Shown: positions 26,990 through 41,018 of the stretch, one piece after another
How the letters are laid out: every line of letters starts with the position of its first letter
Numbering within the stretch: the stretch's first letter is position 1
Assembly (NCBI GenBank): GCA_951406725.2
Contig: OX597830.1
Coordinates: forward strand, 72,850,001 to 72,914,000
DNA from: Octopus vulgaris
Lineage: Eukaryota
DNA: 64,000 nucleotides
Reading direction: 5' to 3'
Position numbers and translations under genes: made by a program
Notes under the pieces: model-generated
The model's input: only the letters and a program-made list of their open reading frames with translations
What the model was told of the DNA's origin: nothing
The model's database searches: none

Positions 26990-27274
26990 TGCGTGCGTGT
27001 GTAACTCTAACACGTATGGTACAAACTGTAAGCACGCATTTAAGTCTTCTGCAATTAAGTTTGAAATAAACATTAATACAAAATTAATATAGCACTCGTT
27101 AAGTTGTTAATATATCTATAATGTGCAATTAAGACGAGACTCAACGCTTTAGGGGCTGGGAATAGGAGATGGATTTTCCTTGCCCGCTGCTTCGCAATTT
27201 ATAAACTTGTTGAAAATATGACACATGCACACATACACACAGACACAAACAAGCACACACGTGCACACACACAT

Positions 27275-27336
<62 letters not shown>

Positions 27337-27438
27337 CATATTTCATGTATCTATCAACCAATATATATGTAATAGGTACATATATGTGTGTGTTCGCGCC
27401 TGTACGTGTATATATATCTATATCTATATCTATATCTA

Positions 27439-27488
<50 letters not shown>

Positions 27489-28116
27489 ATTAGAGCGATT
27501 AATAGATGGATAAGTATACATACATATATATTATAACACACACATATTTAGGTACATAGATACATACATACATGCATACATAGTGTCTCACTTTGTGCAC
27601 AAGTATGCTTGTATATATGTACACATACACACATAAATACATTGTTCTTATGAATCTTTAATCAATACTAAAACCCTTTTCTCAATGAGTATTAATCATA
27701 AATCATTTTCTATTCTAAATATTTTACTTGGAATATATAAGAAGAAATTAAGACTAATTTAAATTGAAGACAGAATATATATATTCTTACAGCTATATAT
27801 ATTCGCATCAATTTACTCGCCAGATATATTGGTCTCTTTTCGAAAAACCCAAATGTCGATTCCCATGAAACAAATACCGCAATACGAATAAACATCCAGT
27901 TCCTCTTGTATTTATTCATTATATTGGAGCAATGAAAATAGTAATCAAGTGTCTCGAACATCAATCAATTCTACGTCAGTAACAGTCTTAGAAGAAGGTA
28001 GGACTCATGTAATGCAAACTTCATAAAAACAAAAACAACAACAACAACAACAACAATAATAATAATAATAATAATAATTATAATAATAATAATAATAATA
28101 AAAATAATAATAATAA

Positions 28117-28668
28117 GTGCCCTGATGCAGTACCAGGCAGTGGATCTCATGGCTCCTGATCTTAACTGATTGGAAGTGTTATCATGTACATTGTTTTGTC
28201 TTGGTATAAAAGATGGGCTACAGCAAATATTCTGCTCAATACCACAGATTTTTGTCAGTTGTTTGACCTTAACCAGTTGACCATGTCCTTTAGTGGCTGA
28301 CGATATGTGCATCTCTGATCATGAGTAGAAGTAGTGGGGGAGCATCGTAGCCATGTGTTGAGAGGAATTCTTAGAGGTTTGGATAATTCACCTCTGGAAA
28401 CATGGGTGGTTCGTTCAACATCCTTAAACAATCCTTATTCGGGGACCTTTTGAGCGGGATGTGCTACTCGACCAGAAGAAAATTCTAACTAGGCCCCCAC
28501 TTGCAAGGTCATGTGCTGTGTATCTTGATATGAGATCATCTTGTCGTGCACATAATGTGATGCATGTGCCTGGTGTACCCTTATCAAACGGGTAGTCATG
28601 ATGGGTATACTGGGCTTCGTATATTTTACCCCGGTGTCACTTTGATGGCATGCACTGCTCTCTCATTC
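28117..28668 (+). mobile_element. Retroposon family D, longest copy, inside (AAT)n
   Basis: Flanked on both sides by (AAT)n; contains both shorter copies. Confidence 0.88.
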
Positions 28669-28684
28669 AATAATAATAATAATC

Positions 28685-29770
28685 GTTTCTACCGAAGGCA
28701 GAAGGCCTTGAAATTTTGAGGGAGGTGTCTAGTCGATTGTATCGATCCCAGCACTTGTACTTATTTCACCGGCCACGAAAGGATGAAAGGCAAAGTCGAC
28801 CTCTGCGGAATTTGAACCCAGAACGTGCTGACGATTCTGCCAGCTCACTGTCTGGCCACCTTCTATGACAATGATAATAATAATCCTTTCTACTATAGGA
28901 ACACGACCATGAATATGGGGGAGGAGGATTTTTGGTCATATCGAGCCCAGTGCTCCACTGGTGCTTATTCACTGGTACATATTTTATCGATCCTGGAAGG
29001 ATGAAAAGCAGTCGATCTCGGCGGAATTTGAACTGAAATAGTTTTAAATTTTGACACAAGGCCAAAAAATTCGGGACGCAGAGTGGGTAAATCGATTATA
29101 TCGACCTCAGTGAATAACTGGTATTTATTTTATCAACTCCTGCTAAAGGATGAAAGTTAAAGTTGAACCCGGCAAAATTTGAATTCAGAACCTGAAGACG
29201 GACGAAATACCGCTAAGCATTTCACCGGCGTGCTAAAGATTCTGCCAGCTCGCCACCTTCTATAATAATCATCATCATTTATACTATAGGCACAAGACCT
29301 CAAATTTGGGGGAGGGTCTTAGCCGATTACGTCGAACCACTGCTCCACTGGTATTTATTTCATCGACTCAAAAGTAAGAACGGTAAAGTCAACCTTGGCG
29401 GAATTCGAACTTAGAACGTTGAGACGCTCGAAATGCTCTTTAGCAGTGCTAACCATTCTAATTATCATTTCTTTATTGGCTACAAGGACGGAACACAAAA
29501 CACGGTATTCGTTTATAAAATATAATTAACGAATAACATGTATTCTTTTCTACTCTAGGCATAAGACCCGAAATTTTGTGGTGGGTGGCAGCCGATTAGA
29601 TCTAACCCAGTGGCAACTGCTATTTACTTTATCGACACCGAAAAGGTGAAATGCTAAGTAAACCTCGAGGGAATTTGCGCTCAGCACGTAAAGACAGACG
29701 AAATAACACTAAGCATTTCGCCCGTCGTGCTAATCTTCTACCAGCTAATCTTCTACCAGTTCCCCGCCTG
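28685..29770 (-). mobile_element. Cluster of about five same-orientation diverged SINE-A copies
   Basis: Repeated GGATGAAAG..GTCGACCTC..GGAATTTGAAC cores at ~28780, 29000, 29150, 29380 and 29650. Confidence 0.8.
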
Positions 29771-30061
29771 ATATGTAACATGTGTTGAGGTGTCAATTTC
29801 TCAATATATGTTGCATATATTGAGTGGCTAGCATTGTTATTTTATTAGTTTAGTGCACTACATGCGTAACTAGGGGTACAACTGAGAAGGAAGTTCTGGA
29901 AATCCTGATAAGATTTATAAAATATTAAATTCATTGATATTTCTACGGTATAAACCACTGTCCTATTCAAATCTGAAAGCACCTGCGCTTATTACTATGA
30001 TCGACATATAAACACATACACCCCTCCAAACACACACACACACACACACACACTCATGCGA

Positions 30062-30097
<36 letters not shown>

Positions 30098-30134
30098 ATA
30101 TTATGTCTCTCTCTCTCTCTTTGTCTTTGCATTT

Positions 30135-30296
30135 TCTTTTACTTCAGTCATTTTACTGCGGCTATGCTAGAGCACCGCATTTAGTGGAACAAATCGTCTT
30201 CCAGGACTTATTCTTTGTAAGCCTAATACTTATTCTGTTGGTTGTTTTGCCGAACAGCTAAGATACATGCATACATATATACATACATACATACAT

Positions 30297-30339
<43 letters not shown>

Positions 30340-30528
30340 TGCATACATGCACTCCCTTACATACACGACGAGTTACCACAAAGTTTTCTTTTATGAATTT
30401 CACCGACAAACCATTGGTCGGCTCATGGCACTATTAGCAATCAAAATCCAAAGTACCACGAAGTGGGATTGAACCAACAAACATGTGGTTGCAAAGCGAG
30501 CGATTTAGCCTCACAGCTATGCCTGCAT
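30135..30528 (-). mobile_element. SINE family B, diverged
   Basis: Tail, core and head remnants are colinear with 9444-9872. Confidence 0.7.
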
Positions 30529-30999
30529 GTATGTAAAGGAGTAGTGTCGAGGAATACTTAATTATCAACCAGTCAACCAAAGTATAGGTTATTTCCATCC
30601 TATCCAGATTATATTAAAATCCACAGAAATATGAGTGACGTTTATATTATAGGTTGTCGTCGTAATAATCTCAGCATTTTCCATCGTCATCCAGTTGAAA
30701 CATTGGCGTTACCATAGCCGCGGTGGTTATAGTCGTCTTTTTCGATATTATCGCAGTTGTTAAAGTTGTTATTGCAGTTAATGTTGTTATTGTTATCGTA
30801 TAGCCATTACAAGTCTCTGATCGAGAATTCATATTAAAAAAAAAAAAGCCCTTCAAAGTATTTACGGTATCCGCGACCACATATTAGCATACAATATTTT
30901 ATACGTTTCAGGGGCTTAGTTGAAAAAATCGGCCCCAGCACTAATACTTTCTCTAATCCTGGTATTTATTCTATCAACCTATCTTAGCCGTGCCGCTAA

Positions 31000-31208
31000 A
31001 CAGGATGGTCATAGATGGAATGGGTTTAAGAATATAAATATCCTTTAGTCAAAGCGTACGTAGGGTCAGACGACAACAGAAACTCATTGGGGTATATATT
31101 TCTAGACATGCTAGAAGCTCACTAAGATACCTTGTAGCGACCCTGTTTAAAATGTTCTATTCTTCTCATTTCACTGCTAAATTTATTTCCGTATTTATTT
31201 GATACTAC

Positions 31209-31245
<37 letters not shown>

Positions 31246-32246
31246 TGTGTTGCTGTTAATTAAATTTCTTTGTTATTTCGTTATCTCAGTCATCGTCTTT
31301 CTAATTCCCTGTTCTGCTTCACACAACCTCCACCATCGTCAGCAGCAACTTCATCAACATTGACGTCGTCGTCGTGGTCATCATGATCATCATGATTATC
31401 ATCATCGTCATCATCATAGTCATCATCCACATCCTCATCATCATCGACAACTTTGACAAAGATAAACCCAGTGATGCGCATCGTTGCTGCTTTGCTGTTC
31501 ATAATTCGTCATCTTTCTACATTTTTTTCAATAACATCATCTTAATGATAATAATAAGAATAAGGATGATGATGATGGAGAAAGCGGTGGTAGCGTTGGT
31601 GGTGGTAGTAGTGGTGGTGATGGTGGTGGTGGTGGTGGTGGTGGTGGTGGTGGTGGTATGAGGGCTGCGGTAATGGTGGTGATTGTGGTGATAACGTTGA
31701 CAATGACGATGATAATGATGACAAAGGTGATGATGATGATGATGATGACGACAACAAAAACGACGATCATCACTAGTATGATGGCTATCGCTGACATCGT
31801 CGGCGTCATCAACATTCTGTTACAGTGCAACCCCCCTCCCCCACCCCACCACTATCAACACGCCACTCTCGCATGTTAATGTACCAATCTTTCAAACACA
31901 ATATCTGTTGTCAGTTTTATGAAGCCGGTGCTATTGGTACCTCACACCACCACCCCAATTTACACATACTCACAAACACACACATACAAACACACACACA
32001 CAGACACACACGCACACATGTAGGAGTCGAATAAAAATGCTCTTGGTGTAACATGTAAGAGTCCCACAGCTCACAGCATCTTAGAATTGAAAGAGTACAT
32101 CGGGTAATGTACTTATATAGAATGGAAAAAGACAGGATGGTCATAGATGGAATGGGTTTAAGAATATAAATATCCTTTAGTCAAAGCTTACGTAGGGTCA
32201 GACGACAACAGAAACTCATTGGGGTATATATTTCTAGACATGCTAG
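31000..32246 (+). repeat. 115-bp direct repeat pair (31000-31114 and 32132-32246)
   Basis: ACAGGATGGTCATAGATGG...TCTAGACATGCTAG occurs twice with one mismatch seen. Confidence 0.93.
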
Positions 32247-32299
32247 CTCGTCCATCTTTAATGCACACATACGAATAAACACAGAAAACATACTTATAA

Positions 32300-32551
32300 T
32301 CATACATACATGCATGCATGCATACATACGTACGTACGTACATACATACATACATACATACATACATACATACATACATACATGCATGCATGCATACATA
32401 CGTACGTACGTACATACATACATACATACATACATACATACATACATACATGCATGCATACATACGTACGTACGTACATACATACATACATACATACATA
32501 CATACATACATACATACATACATACATACATACATACATACATACATACAT
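32300..32551. repeat. (CATA)n with a higher-order CATG/CGTA pattern repeated three times
   Basis: Direct inspection. Confidence 0.9.
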
Positions 32552-33693
32552 GAAGCTGAAGATCAGTGAAAAAGAGAATACCTACGTTGAACTAATGAGT
32601 AATCTGTAGTTACTCAATCCAGATTACAAGTTCAGGTTTATACCGGTAATTATTGGGTTCCTGGGATAAGTAAATACCAATCTTGAGTAATTACGCTACT
32701 CAAAGCCAGAAGAGAGGAAGTTAATTCGAAGGCTACAGATCCAATCTATCACTGGAACTGTAAAAATTCATAAAACTTTCCAGAAGTTTATTATTTAATT
32801 ATATATGAGCATGTCTAGATATGCAACTATATGCATGAGAATACATACATGAAGCAAAAGATGCAAATCTGCACATGTATATAATACATACATACATGCA
32901 TACATACATACATACATACATACATACATACATACATACATACATACATACATACATACAAAAATGCCCAGTTGTTGATGTTGAAATTCCAATGAAGGAG
33001 CCTTGGATCTAGGTTAGAAACCGACTGTTTCCCTGTTGGCAAAAAATCTTGAAATAAAACTGAATAATGACTTACACACCTGTACATTAGAACATGTGCG
33101 CGCGCACATGCATATACACGCATTTATAAACTCACACATGTGTGAAAAAACTATAGACCAAATTTGTTTAATTTCTTCTAACTTGTAAAGGCATTTTCAC
33201 TGCAGTTTACAGGGAGAAAAAAATTCATACTTATGGTTAAAGGTGTATATACACCATTATCGGCTCTGAGGAGTTTTTACTGGAATATTTTCAGATGCAG
33301 ACGTGTAGTTGTATGGTAGGAACCTCCATTCCCAACACATGGTCCCGGGTTCAGTCCCATTGCGTGGCACATTGGGCAAATACCTTCTAATATAGCCTCT
33401 GGCTGACCAAAGCCGTGAGTGGATTTGTTAGACGGTGATTGAAAGAAGCCTGTCATATATATACATGTATATGTGTGTGTCTTTGTGTCTGTGTTTATCA
33501 CACTCGAAAACTAGGGTCGATGTAACAGTCTTAGCCTCTCCATCGAATTTGCTGGCCTTGTGCAAAAATTTGAAACCAATATTGTTATCATGTTTCGTTG
33601 TTTTTTTTTTTACGAGATATAACAACTTTCGAAAATGTTCTCATAGTTGATATCGCTGATTCCTTTATACCTACATTCATTGTATGTATATAT

Positions 33694-34140
33694 ATAGGGG
33701 TGATATATATATATATATATGGTATAGTAGCTATATATACCAACCACATCTTTTACTTGGTTCAGTCATTTGACTGCGTGACATCTTGGGCAAGTGTCTT
33801 CTTTAGTCGAGCCGATCAATGCCGTGACTTATTCTTTGTAAGCCCGTAAATATGTATAAATATATATATGTGTGTGTGTGTGTGTTTGTGCGTCTGTGTT
33901 TGTAAACCCCCTAGCATTGCTTGACAACCGATGCTGGTGTGTTTACGTCCCCGTCACTTAGCGGTTCGGCAAAAGAGACCGATAGATATATAGTACTGGG
34001 CTATACAAAGAATAAGTCCCGGGGACGATTTGCTCAAATCCACTCACAAGGCATTGGTCGGCTCCGGGGCTATAGCAGAAGTCGCAGATGCTACGCAATG
34101 ACTGAAACAAGTAAAAGAGTATCACAAGCCACTCCTACGT
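33694..34140. mobile_element. SINE family B, interleaved +/- mosaic
   Basis: Alternating blocks match sense and antisense SINE-B; (TA)n on both sides. Confidence 0.8.
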
Positions 34141-34554
34141 ATATATATATATATATATCGTTCGTTGTCGAAAAAATGTTCTATGAATAACATATAACTA
34201 GCTCTTTTACCGTATATTGAAATCGTCGCTCACATTATTTTATTGAGGACCATATGCAGTTATCTAAATTTATATTAATTCAATTTTAAATATGTTTATA
34301 TTAATATTTTTCAGAAGATTTCTATATTTGAAAGTGATCGACTATATTGAATTTCGATTGTGAATAACAATGAGCTTGAATTCCCATATATATTTATTAG
34401 GTTTACTACATTAAGAGAATTTAATCATAACTAACAGATCTCATAACATTTATTTATATGAGAAACAAATCTGGAACGTTGATGAGTTTCATTATTAGTG
34501 CTGAATTCAGAAATTGTCTGGAATATTTTTTCAATATATTTCTAACAGCCAACA

Positions 34555-34775
34555 ATATTGGCTTCATATTTTGGCACAAGGCCAGCGAATTCGGAGGAAG
34601 GTATCAATCGATTACATTGATCCCAGTGTTCAGGTGGTATTTTTGCTCTCGGCCCCGAAAAGATGAAAGGCAAAGTCGACCCTGATGGTAATAGAACTTA
34701 GAATGTGCAGTCCAAAGAAATGCGGCGAACCATTTATCCCGGCGCGGTAAAAATTTTGCCATATCAGGGCCTTAT
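34555..34775 (-). mobile_element. SINE family A, diverged
   Basis: Family core visible. Confidence 0.75.
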
Positions 34776-35409
34776 TAACAGCCAATGATATTTCAAGCTA
34801 TTACACTTTTTTTTTTTTTTGTAAACGTAGCTCAAGCCTAATCGAGCATACGTATGAAGAGAGACATTCAGACTGTAAAACGCCCGCCGTTTTCATGCAC
34901 TTACTATTGTCAGACTACATTATTCAATGTCTCGTTCTTTTTCAGGAAAGAATGGCTTTACTCCAGGGAGATATAGCTGCTATTTCTGGCACGTCATATA
35001 GTTATATATAAGCCTACCTTAAGCAAGTCGTAACATTTCTCGTTGCTCCAGTCTACTAAGATGTAGATTCCTGGAGAAGCTCTGCTTCTGATCAGATATA
35101 AAATCCTCCAAATTACATTAAATCAGGTGTGGAAAGCTTGAGATGTCCTTACGGCTACACAGGTACCTAAAACAATACAGAGAATGTAGAATTTACTGTG
35201 TCATGCTGGCTTACCAACGCTGGTGTTTCTGCTCTGTATATATCCACCTTTGAGAACATGTCTATCTAGAACTTGCTGCCAACCCAGCCTCCAGTTAAAA
35301 GTTGATTCTCTTTTTTTTTTTTGTTTTAAATAAAAGACCCCGATAAAACACATAGGATAACTTAAGGCTACGAAACTCTGCGTCTACACTCGAGATGGTG
35401 GGGTCTTGA

Positions 35410-35572
35410 AAGAAACACTTTGGACTCTACGTTTTACTAGATCTGAACAAGAGCATAATCATCAATTTCCGATATGTGTGGCCTTATGGACACTGGTCAA
35501 AAGATAAGGATATCCGGACAAATTTAGGGATATAGTCAAATAATTTCCAGATGGTATGTGTACCATAATCCC
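35410..35572 (+). mobile_element. Decayed RTE-clade RT fragment
   Basis: LYVLLDLNKS..ALWTLVKR*GYPDKFRDIVK*FPDGMCT resembles RTE FVDLTKAFD..ALW..L.K.GCPDKF..IV..FHDGM. Confidence 0.65.
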
Positions 35573-35733
35573 TCTTGGGCACTTTTGTGGTCTGTCTTTT
35601 CAGTGTTAAGTGTTTCCAATCTACTTACCTGACGGACTAATCTGAAATGAAGTACCAGTTAAGTATTGCGATTGTTATAATCGACTATTCTCCCCTCTTC
35701 TAAACTAATTGCCTTGTCCCTAAATCAGAAAAG

Positions 35734-35801
<68 letters not shown>

Positions 35802-35816
35802 TATTATCATTATTGT

Positions 35817-36255
35817 AAAGGCAGCTGACTGGTAGAATCGTTAGAACTCCGGACGAAACACTAAATGGCATTTCGTCCATCTTTACTTTCTGATTTCAAA
35901 TTCCGCCGGGGTCGTTTTGCCATTAATACTTTCGGGGGTCGATAAATTAAGTACCAGTGAAACACTGGAGTCGATGTAAATAACTTGTCCCCTCCCCACA
36001 AATTTGAAGCCTTGCGCCTCCAGTAGAAATGATTATTATCTGGAAGGCGGTGAGCTGACAGAATCGCTAGCACGTCGAGTGAAATGCTTCGCCGTATTTC
36101 GTATTTCGTCACTATGCTCTGAGTACAAATTCCACCGAGGTTCACTTTGCCTTTCATTCTTCCGTGGTCGATGAGTACCAGGTAAACACTGGGACGATGT
36201 GATCGACTAGTCCCTACCCCGCCGGATTTCTGGCCTTGTGCATATAACACAAAGA
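35817..36255 (+). mobile_element. Two tandem SINE-A copies
   Basis: Heads at ~35818 and ~36045. Confidence 0.8.
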
Positions 36256-36340
<85 letters not shown>

Positions 36341-36341
<1 letters not shown>

Positions 36342-36596
36342 GGAAACTACCACCTGTGTCATCTCTTGTGAAAGATAGGAGAGTCCAGTTTGCTGGACAT
36401 TGTTGTAGAACTGAAAAAGAAGTAATTTCTGGAAGCTATCTACTCGCGATACCAGAGGGCGCACACTCTCCTACCCTGATGTAATCTCCAGGGATACAGG
36501 CATCCAGCAACAAGACCTCCGTAACGCCATGATGGACCGTGAAGTCTGGCGTAGCATGGTAAATTCCATTGTCTCGACCACGGTGGAACGATGATG

Positions 36597-36600
<4 letters not shown>
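36341..36600 (+). mobile_element. 5'-truncated RTE-like LINE 3' end inside (GTA)n
   Basis: GKLPPVSSLVKDRRVQFAGHCCR..RGRTLSYPDVISRDTG..AMMDREVWRSMV, an RTE-type C-terminus; (GAT)n tail; (GTA)n on both flanks. Confidence 0.8.
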
Positions 36601-36664
<64 letters not shown>

Positions 36665-37170
36665 GCACAACACTTTACTCAAAACAAATTCACGTTTAGG
36701 AATGTCTTTGACTCTTCCTAAGTTTACACGGACTTAATGAGTTTAGGAAGAGATCTATGTCACGTGTTGATTTTTATTACACCCACACACACACACACAC
36801 TTACACACACATACGCACACACAAGCACACCGGTACACACGCAAGCACACACGCACATGCACTCAAGCACACACGCACATATACTCAAGCACACACACAT
36901 ACGCATGCACACACACACAAACGCACACACATGGGTACACACGCACACACACATTCACCCACATATATATATAGACTTCTCAATCTTCCCCATAGTCTTT
37001 TCTCAAAGACGTAGGCTTTAGCTTTCCATTTGAATTCTCAACGACTGTTGTGTATTGTTCTGCACATCTATCACTAAATGTAATATTTATTACATTTTCA
37101 ATGAATTCTGACAGTTTCTTTTTCTTCTCGAAATTATCACCAGAAGTAACAACCGCACACACGCACACAG

Positions 37171-37201
<31 letters not shown>

Positions 37202-37357
37202 GTAATTACACCACGTACAGTAAGGGAGAGACCTTCGGTAACTAGTCAGTTTCGCTTCATCAAATTGAGATTTCTCTTCCTCATCTTTTATCTCAACGAA
37301 CGCATCTCTGTTCCTCTCACCTTGTGGACTGTATATTTTCCCTGTCATATTTATTTG

Positions 37358-37415
<58 letters not shown>

Positions 37416-38655
37416 TGTTTGTGTGCATGTATGTATGTATGTATGTATGTATGTATGTATGTATGTATGTATGTATGTATGTATTTGTGTTTGCAGGCGT
37501 CTGTGCGTGTGCCTGTAATTTAAGTTTATTTCTAATCATTTCTTTTTACTTTTTCTTACAATTTCCACATATTTTTATTTTTTATTATTTCCTACTTCGA
37601 ACAATCTTTCCAACTTTTATTATATTGCTTGTTTGTGTCTTAGTTAATTTATTTATTTACTTATTTATTATTTCAATTTTACGTTTTTACCGTTAGCCTC
37701 ACACCCACCTTCACCGCTTCCTGCCTATCTTAAACACTCGCTAACTCATTCTTTCTTCATTCCTTCCAATCTCGAACACTCTTTGTCCATTCTATCACAC
37801 CATAGTATGTCTTTCTTCATTTCTTACTTCCTTACTTTGTCTTTCTCTCTTACTACCCTCTCTATCTTTCCTTTTCTCCTCCCTACCTCCCTGTACCTTC
37901 ATACTTCCTCTTCTTCCTATCTAAAACTATCATCCGTTTTTCTCGCAGATGCAGGTCATTGGCTGCAATGCTGTATCTTCTGACGCCATTTTGCTTCAGA
38001 AGAAATTTATGAACAGACAGTGATTCGGGGATGGAGGTGGAGCGTGGAAGGTGTAGAGATACAAGCTAGAGGAAGTGTGTAGTAAAGGAAAGAAAGATAA
38101 CTCTATATACCTACCCCTTCCCCGCTTACACTTATTAATGAACTGTCATAGAAATAAAGTATATTACTCGACATTATAGCAATTTCACTTTTCCCCATTA
38201 TAAAAACGAACATGCATCTTAGAGTAATCAGACATATTCAAAATGGCTACTAGATGCATAGTAACGTCTTTGTTTTTATTTTCCCTGCGTTTTTTTTTTT
38301 ATATATATATTTTATTTTGACTTTTAGAAATTTATCTAAACGGGGGAAAAAGCCGATTTTGTAGGTCTTTCCTTACGGGGTTTATAAGAAGTGTGTTTAC
38401 TCTTAGATTTTTCTATGCGTGTGGCATCCTTCTGTTAATGTTCGTGATATGATAACGTTTTCTAAGTCGGTTATTGTAAAGATACAACTCTAAAACAACG
38501 TCTCGTTTCACCTACTTGTAAATTACGTGGTATAAATCGGCTTTCCAACTAGGTACTTTCGGGTTCGTACCACTGCACGGCATGTCTTCTTCTATAACCC
38601 TGGACTTGTAAGTCAATTTGGTAGAAAAGAAGTTTAAGTAACAGCCCGTTGTGCA

Positions 38656-38725
<70 letters not shown>

Positions 38726-38787
38726 CGTGTAGAGAGAGAGAGAGAGAGAGAGAGAGAAGTGCATAAGTGCATGTAAATGTGTGTATG

Positions 38788-38828
<41 letters not shown>

Positions 38829-39479
38829 GTCTGTGTGCGTATGTAAATTATACGACCGCAGATGGTTTCTATCTTTTGTAAGACTTATGTTTTGTATATT
38901 ATACCTTTGATATGTTTTCATGCCTGTTAGAGCAACTTCCTTTTATTCAATGTTTTTTTTTTCATAGCGTCTATCATTAAAAAGCCGCTGAAAATGCCTC
39001 GAAGCTCTTGGCTTAGACATTTGAAGCGCTGAGTTCTATTATGGCAACTTACTGATTGTCCTATAATATACATATATATACATTCCTCTAATTACATAAT
39101 ATCAAGGTCTCATTCTTTTGTTGTCAATTTTAATTATTATTATTATTATTATTATTAATATATATATGTGTGTGTGTGTGAATGTATGTATGTATTTATA
39201 TGTATGTATATACATACACACATATAATGTATGTATGTAATCATGGACTGATCAAAACAGTTTGCTTCCAATTCCTTGGTATCCTGAGTTTCAAGCCTAT
39301 TTATGAGAATCAGTATGTGTGTCTGTGTGTATATTTGCGTTTGTTTTTGTACCCCTATTATTGTTTGCAGCCGGTTTTGGTTAGTTCACGTCGCCGCGAC
39401 CTTGAGGATTTCTGCAATATATGGAGAGACTGACTGCTTATTTCTATCAGACTAGTCATGTAAAGTATACACCTTGTGA

Positions 39480-39585
<106 letters not shown>

Positions 39586-40574
39586 GTACACGTATTGATT
39601 TCTTTACGACCTCAGTAATTTAGCAGTTTGACAAAGATACAGATAGATCAAGTTATAGGCTTGAAAATAGAAGTACTGAGGGTCCATTTGTTCGATTAGG
39701 CCCTTGAAAGCGGTGCCCCAACATGACTGAAAACCGATATCTGAAAGAAGTAAAACATAAAAGATAACAGAACATATAGGAACACTCAACCATCGAAACA
39801 TCCAAATAATAATCTGCTACGAGGCTGAAGCATCAGCGAAAAGCGCAATATAGTTCTTGACTTGCTGGGAGCAGCAGAGCAGTCTCTTTTTAGTTATTCT
39901 GCGATATCTGGGGAAAAAAGGGGGGAAAAAAGGATCATAATATTTTCTACTATTTAATCATGAATACAAGAAAGAGAGAGGATGAACAAGGCTGGAATGG
40001 ATTTCAATGAATCGCTTCCCGTCGCGGCTAAAGTAAAATTACCCAAAAATAATAGTAGTACTAGGATGCGAACTCTGGTGTACCTCGACGTGCCAAATGC
40101 ATGGAGGGCTCCTTGTAAAGTAATTACATCGTTTTGTGTCTCCAATATTTGAAGATATAGAGAAAATCTTCCAAGTCTGATGGTGGAATGGGTGTTTGCT
40201 ATGATTCCTGACAACATGTATCAGATGTATTTGGTATAACATCATTGATGTATGTTCCATTGATATGATAAGGGATTGGATAGTGCGTAAGTGACTTTTT
40301 TTTATGGTTAAAAAACAAAATCGGAATGATAAGATCCCTTATCTTTTAGGTTACGTTTCAAGAAAAGCCAATTCTTTAAATAGCGAAACTGATTGGACAA
40401 AATTACTTGCCTTTAAGTTTACGCGTGTGGTATACGGAAGTGAGATGTCTTTGGATCGTTGTTTATTTAATTTTATCAGTAATGTGTTTGTGTGTGTGTG
40501 TATATATTTCTGCGTGTGTGCGTGTGTGTGTATATATTTCTGCGTATGTGCGTGTGCGCGTGATGGGGTGGAGG

Positions 40575-40739
40575 GGAGGAGGAGAAGAAGAAGAAGGGGA
40601 GGAAGAAGAAGAGGAGGAGGAGGAGAAGAAGAAGAAGAAGGTGAAGTAGGAGGAGAAGAAGACGAAGAAGAGAAAAGAAAAGGGTGAAGGAGAAAAAAAA
40701 AAGAAAAAGAAGAAGGAGGAGAAGAAGAAGAAGAAGAAG

Positions 40740-40771
<32 letters not shown>

Positions 40772-41018
40772 GAAGAAGAAGAAGAAGAAGAAGAAGAAGA
40801 AGAAGAAGAAGGAGGAGAAGAAGAAGAAGAAGAAGAAGAAGATGAAGAAGAAGAAGAAGATGAAGAAGATGAAGAAGAAGATGAAGAAGAAGAAGGTGAA
40901 GAAGAAGGTGAAGAAGAAGATGAAGAAGAAGAAGAAGAAGATGAAGAAGAAGAAGGTGAAGAAGAAAGAAGAAGAAGAAGAAGAAGAAGAAGAAGAAGAA
41001 GAAGAAGAAGAAGAAGAA
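40575..41018. repeat. Long (GAA)n/GGA/GAT polypurine-rich tract
   Basis: Direct inspection. Confidence 0.95.

Noticed and set aside
31330-31830. His/Pro/Asp-rich protein exon
   Set aside because: Mixed CAT/GAT/GGT trinucleotide repeats that switch strand; no splice or codon evidence.
35620-35655. 13-nt minus-strand micro-exon (TTTCAG|ATTAGTCCGTCAG|GTAAGT)
   Set aside because: The acceptor overlaps a SINE fragment, the length is not a multiple of 3, and no partner exons were identified.
37930-38055. Plus-strand exon after a long pyrimidine tract
   Set aside because: Short frames with stops, weak donor, unrecognised peptide.
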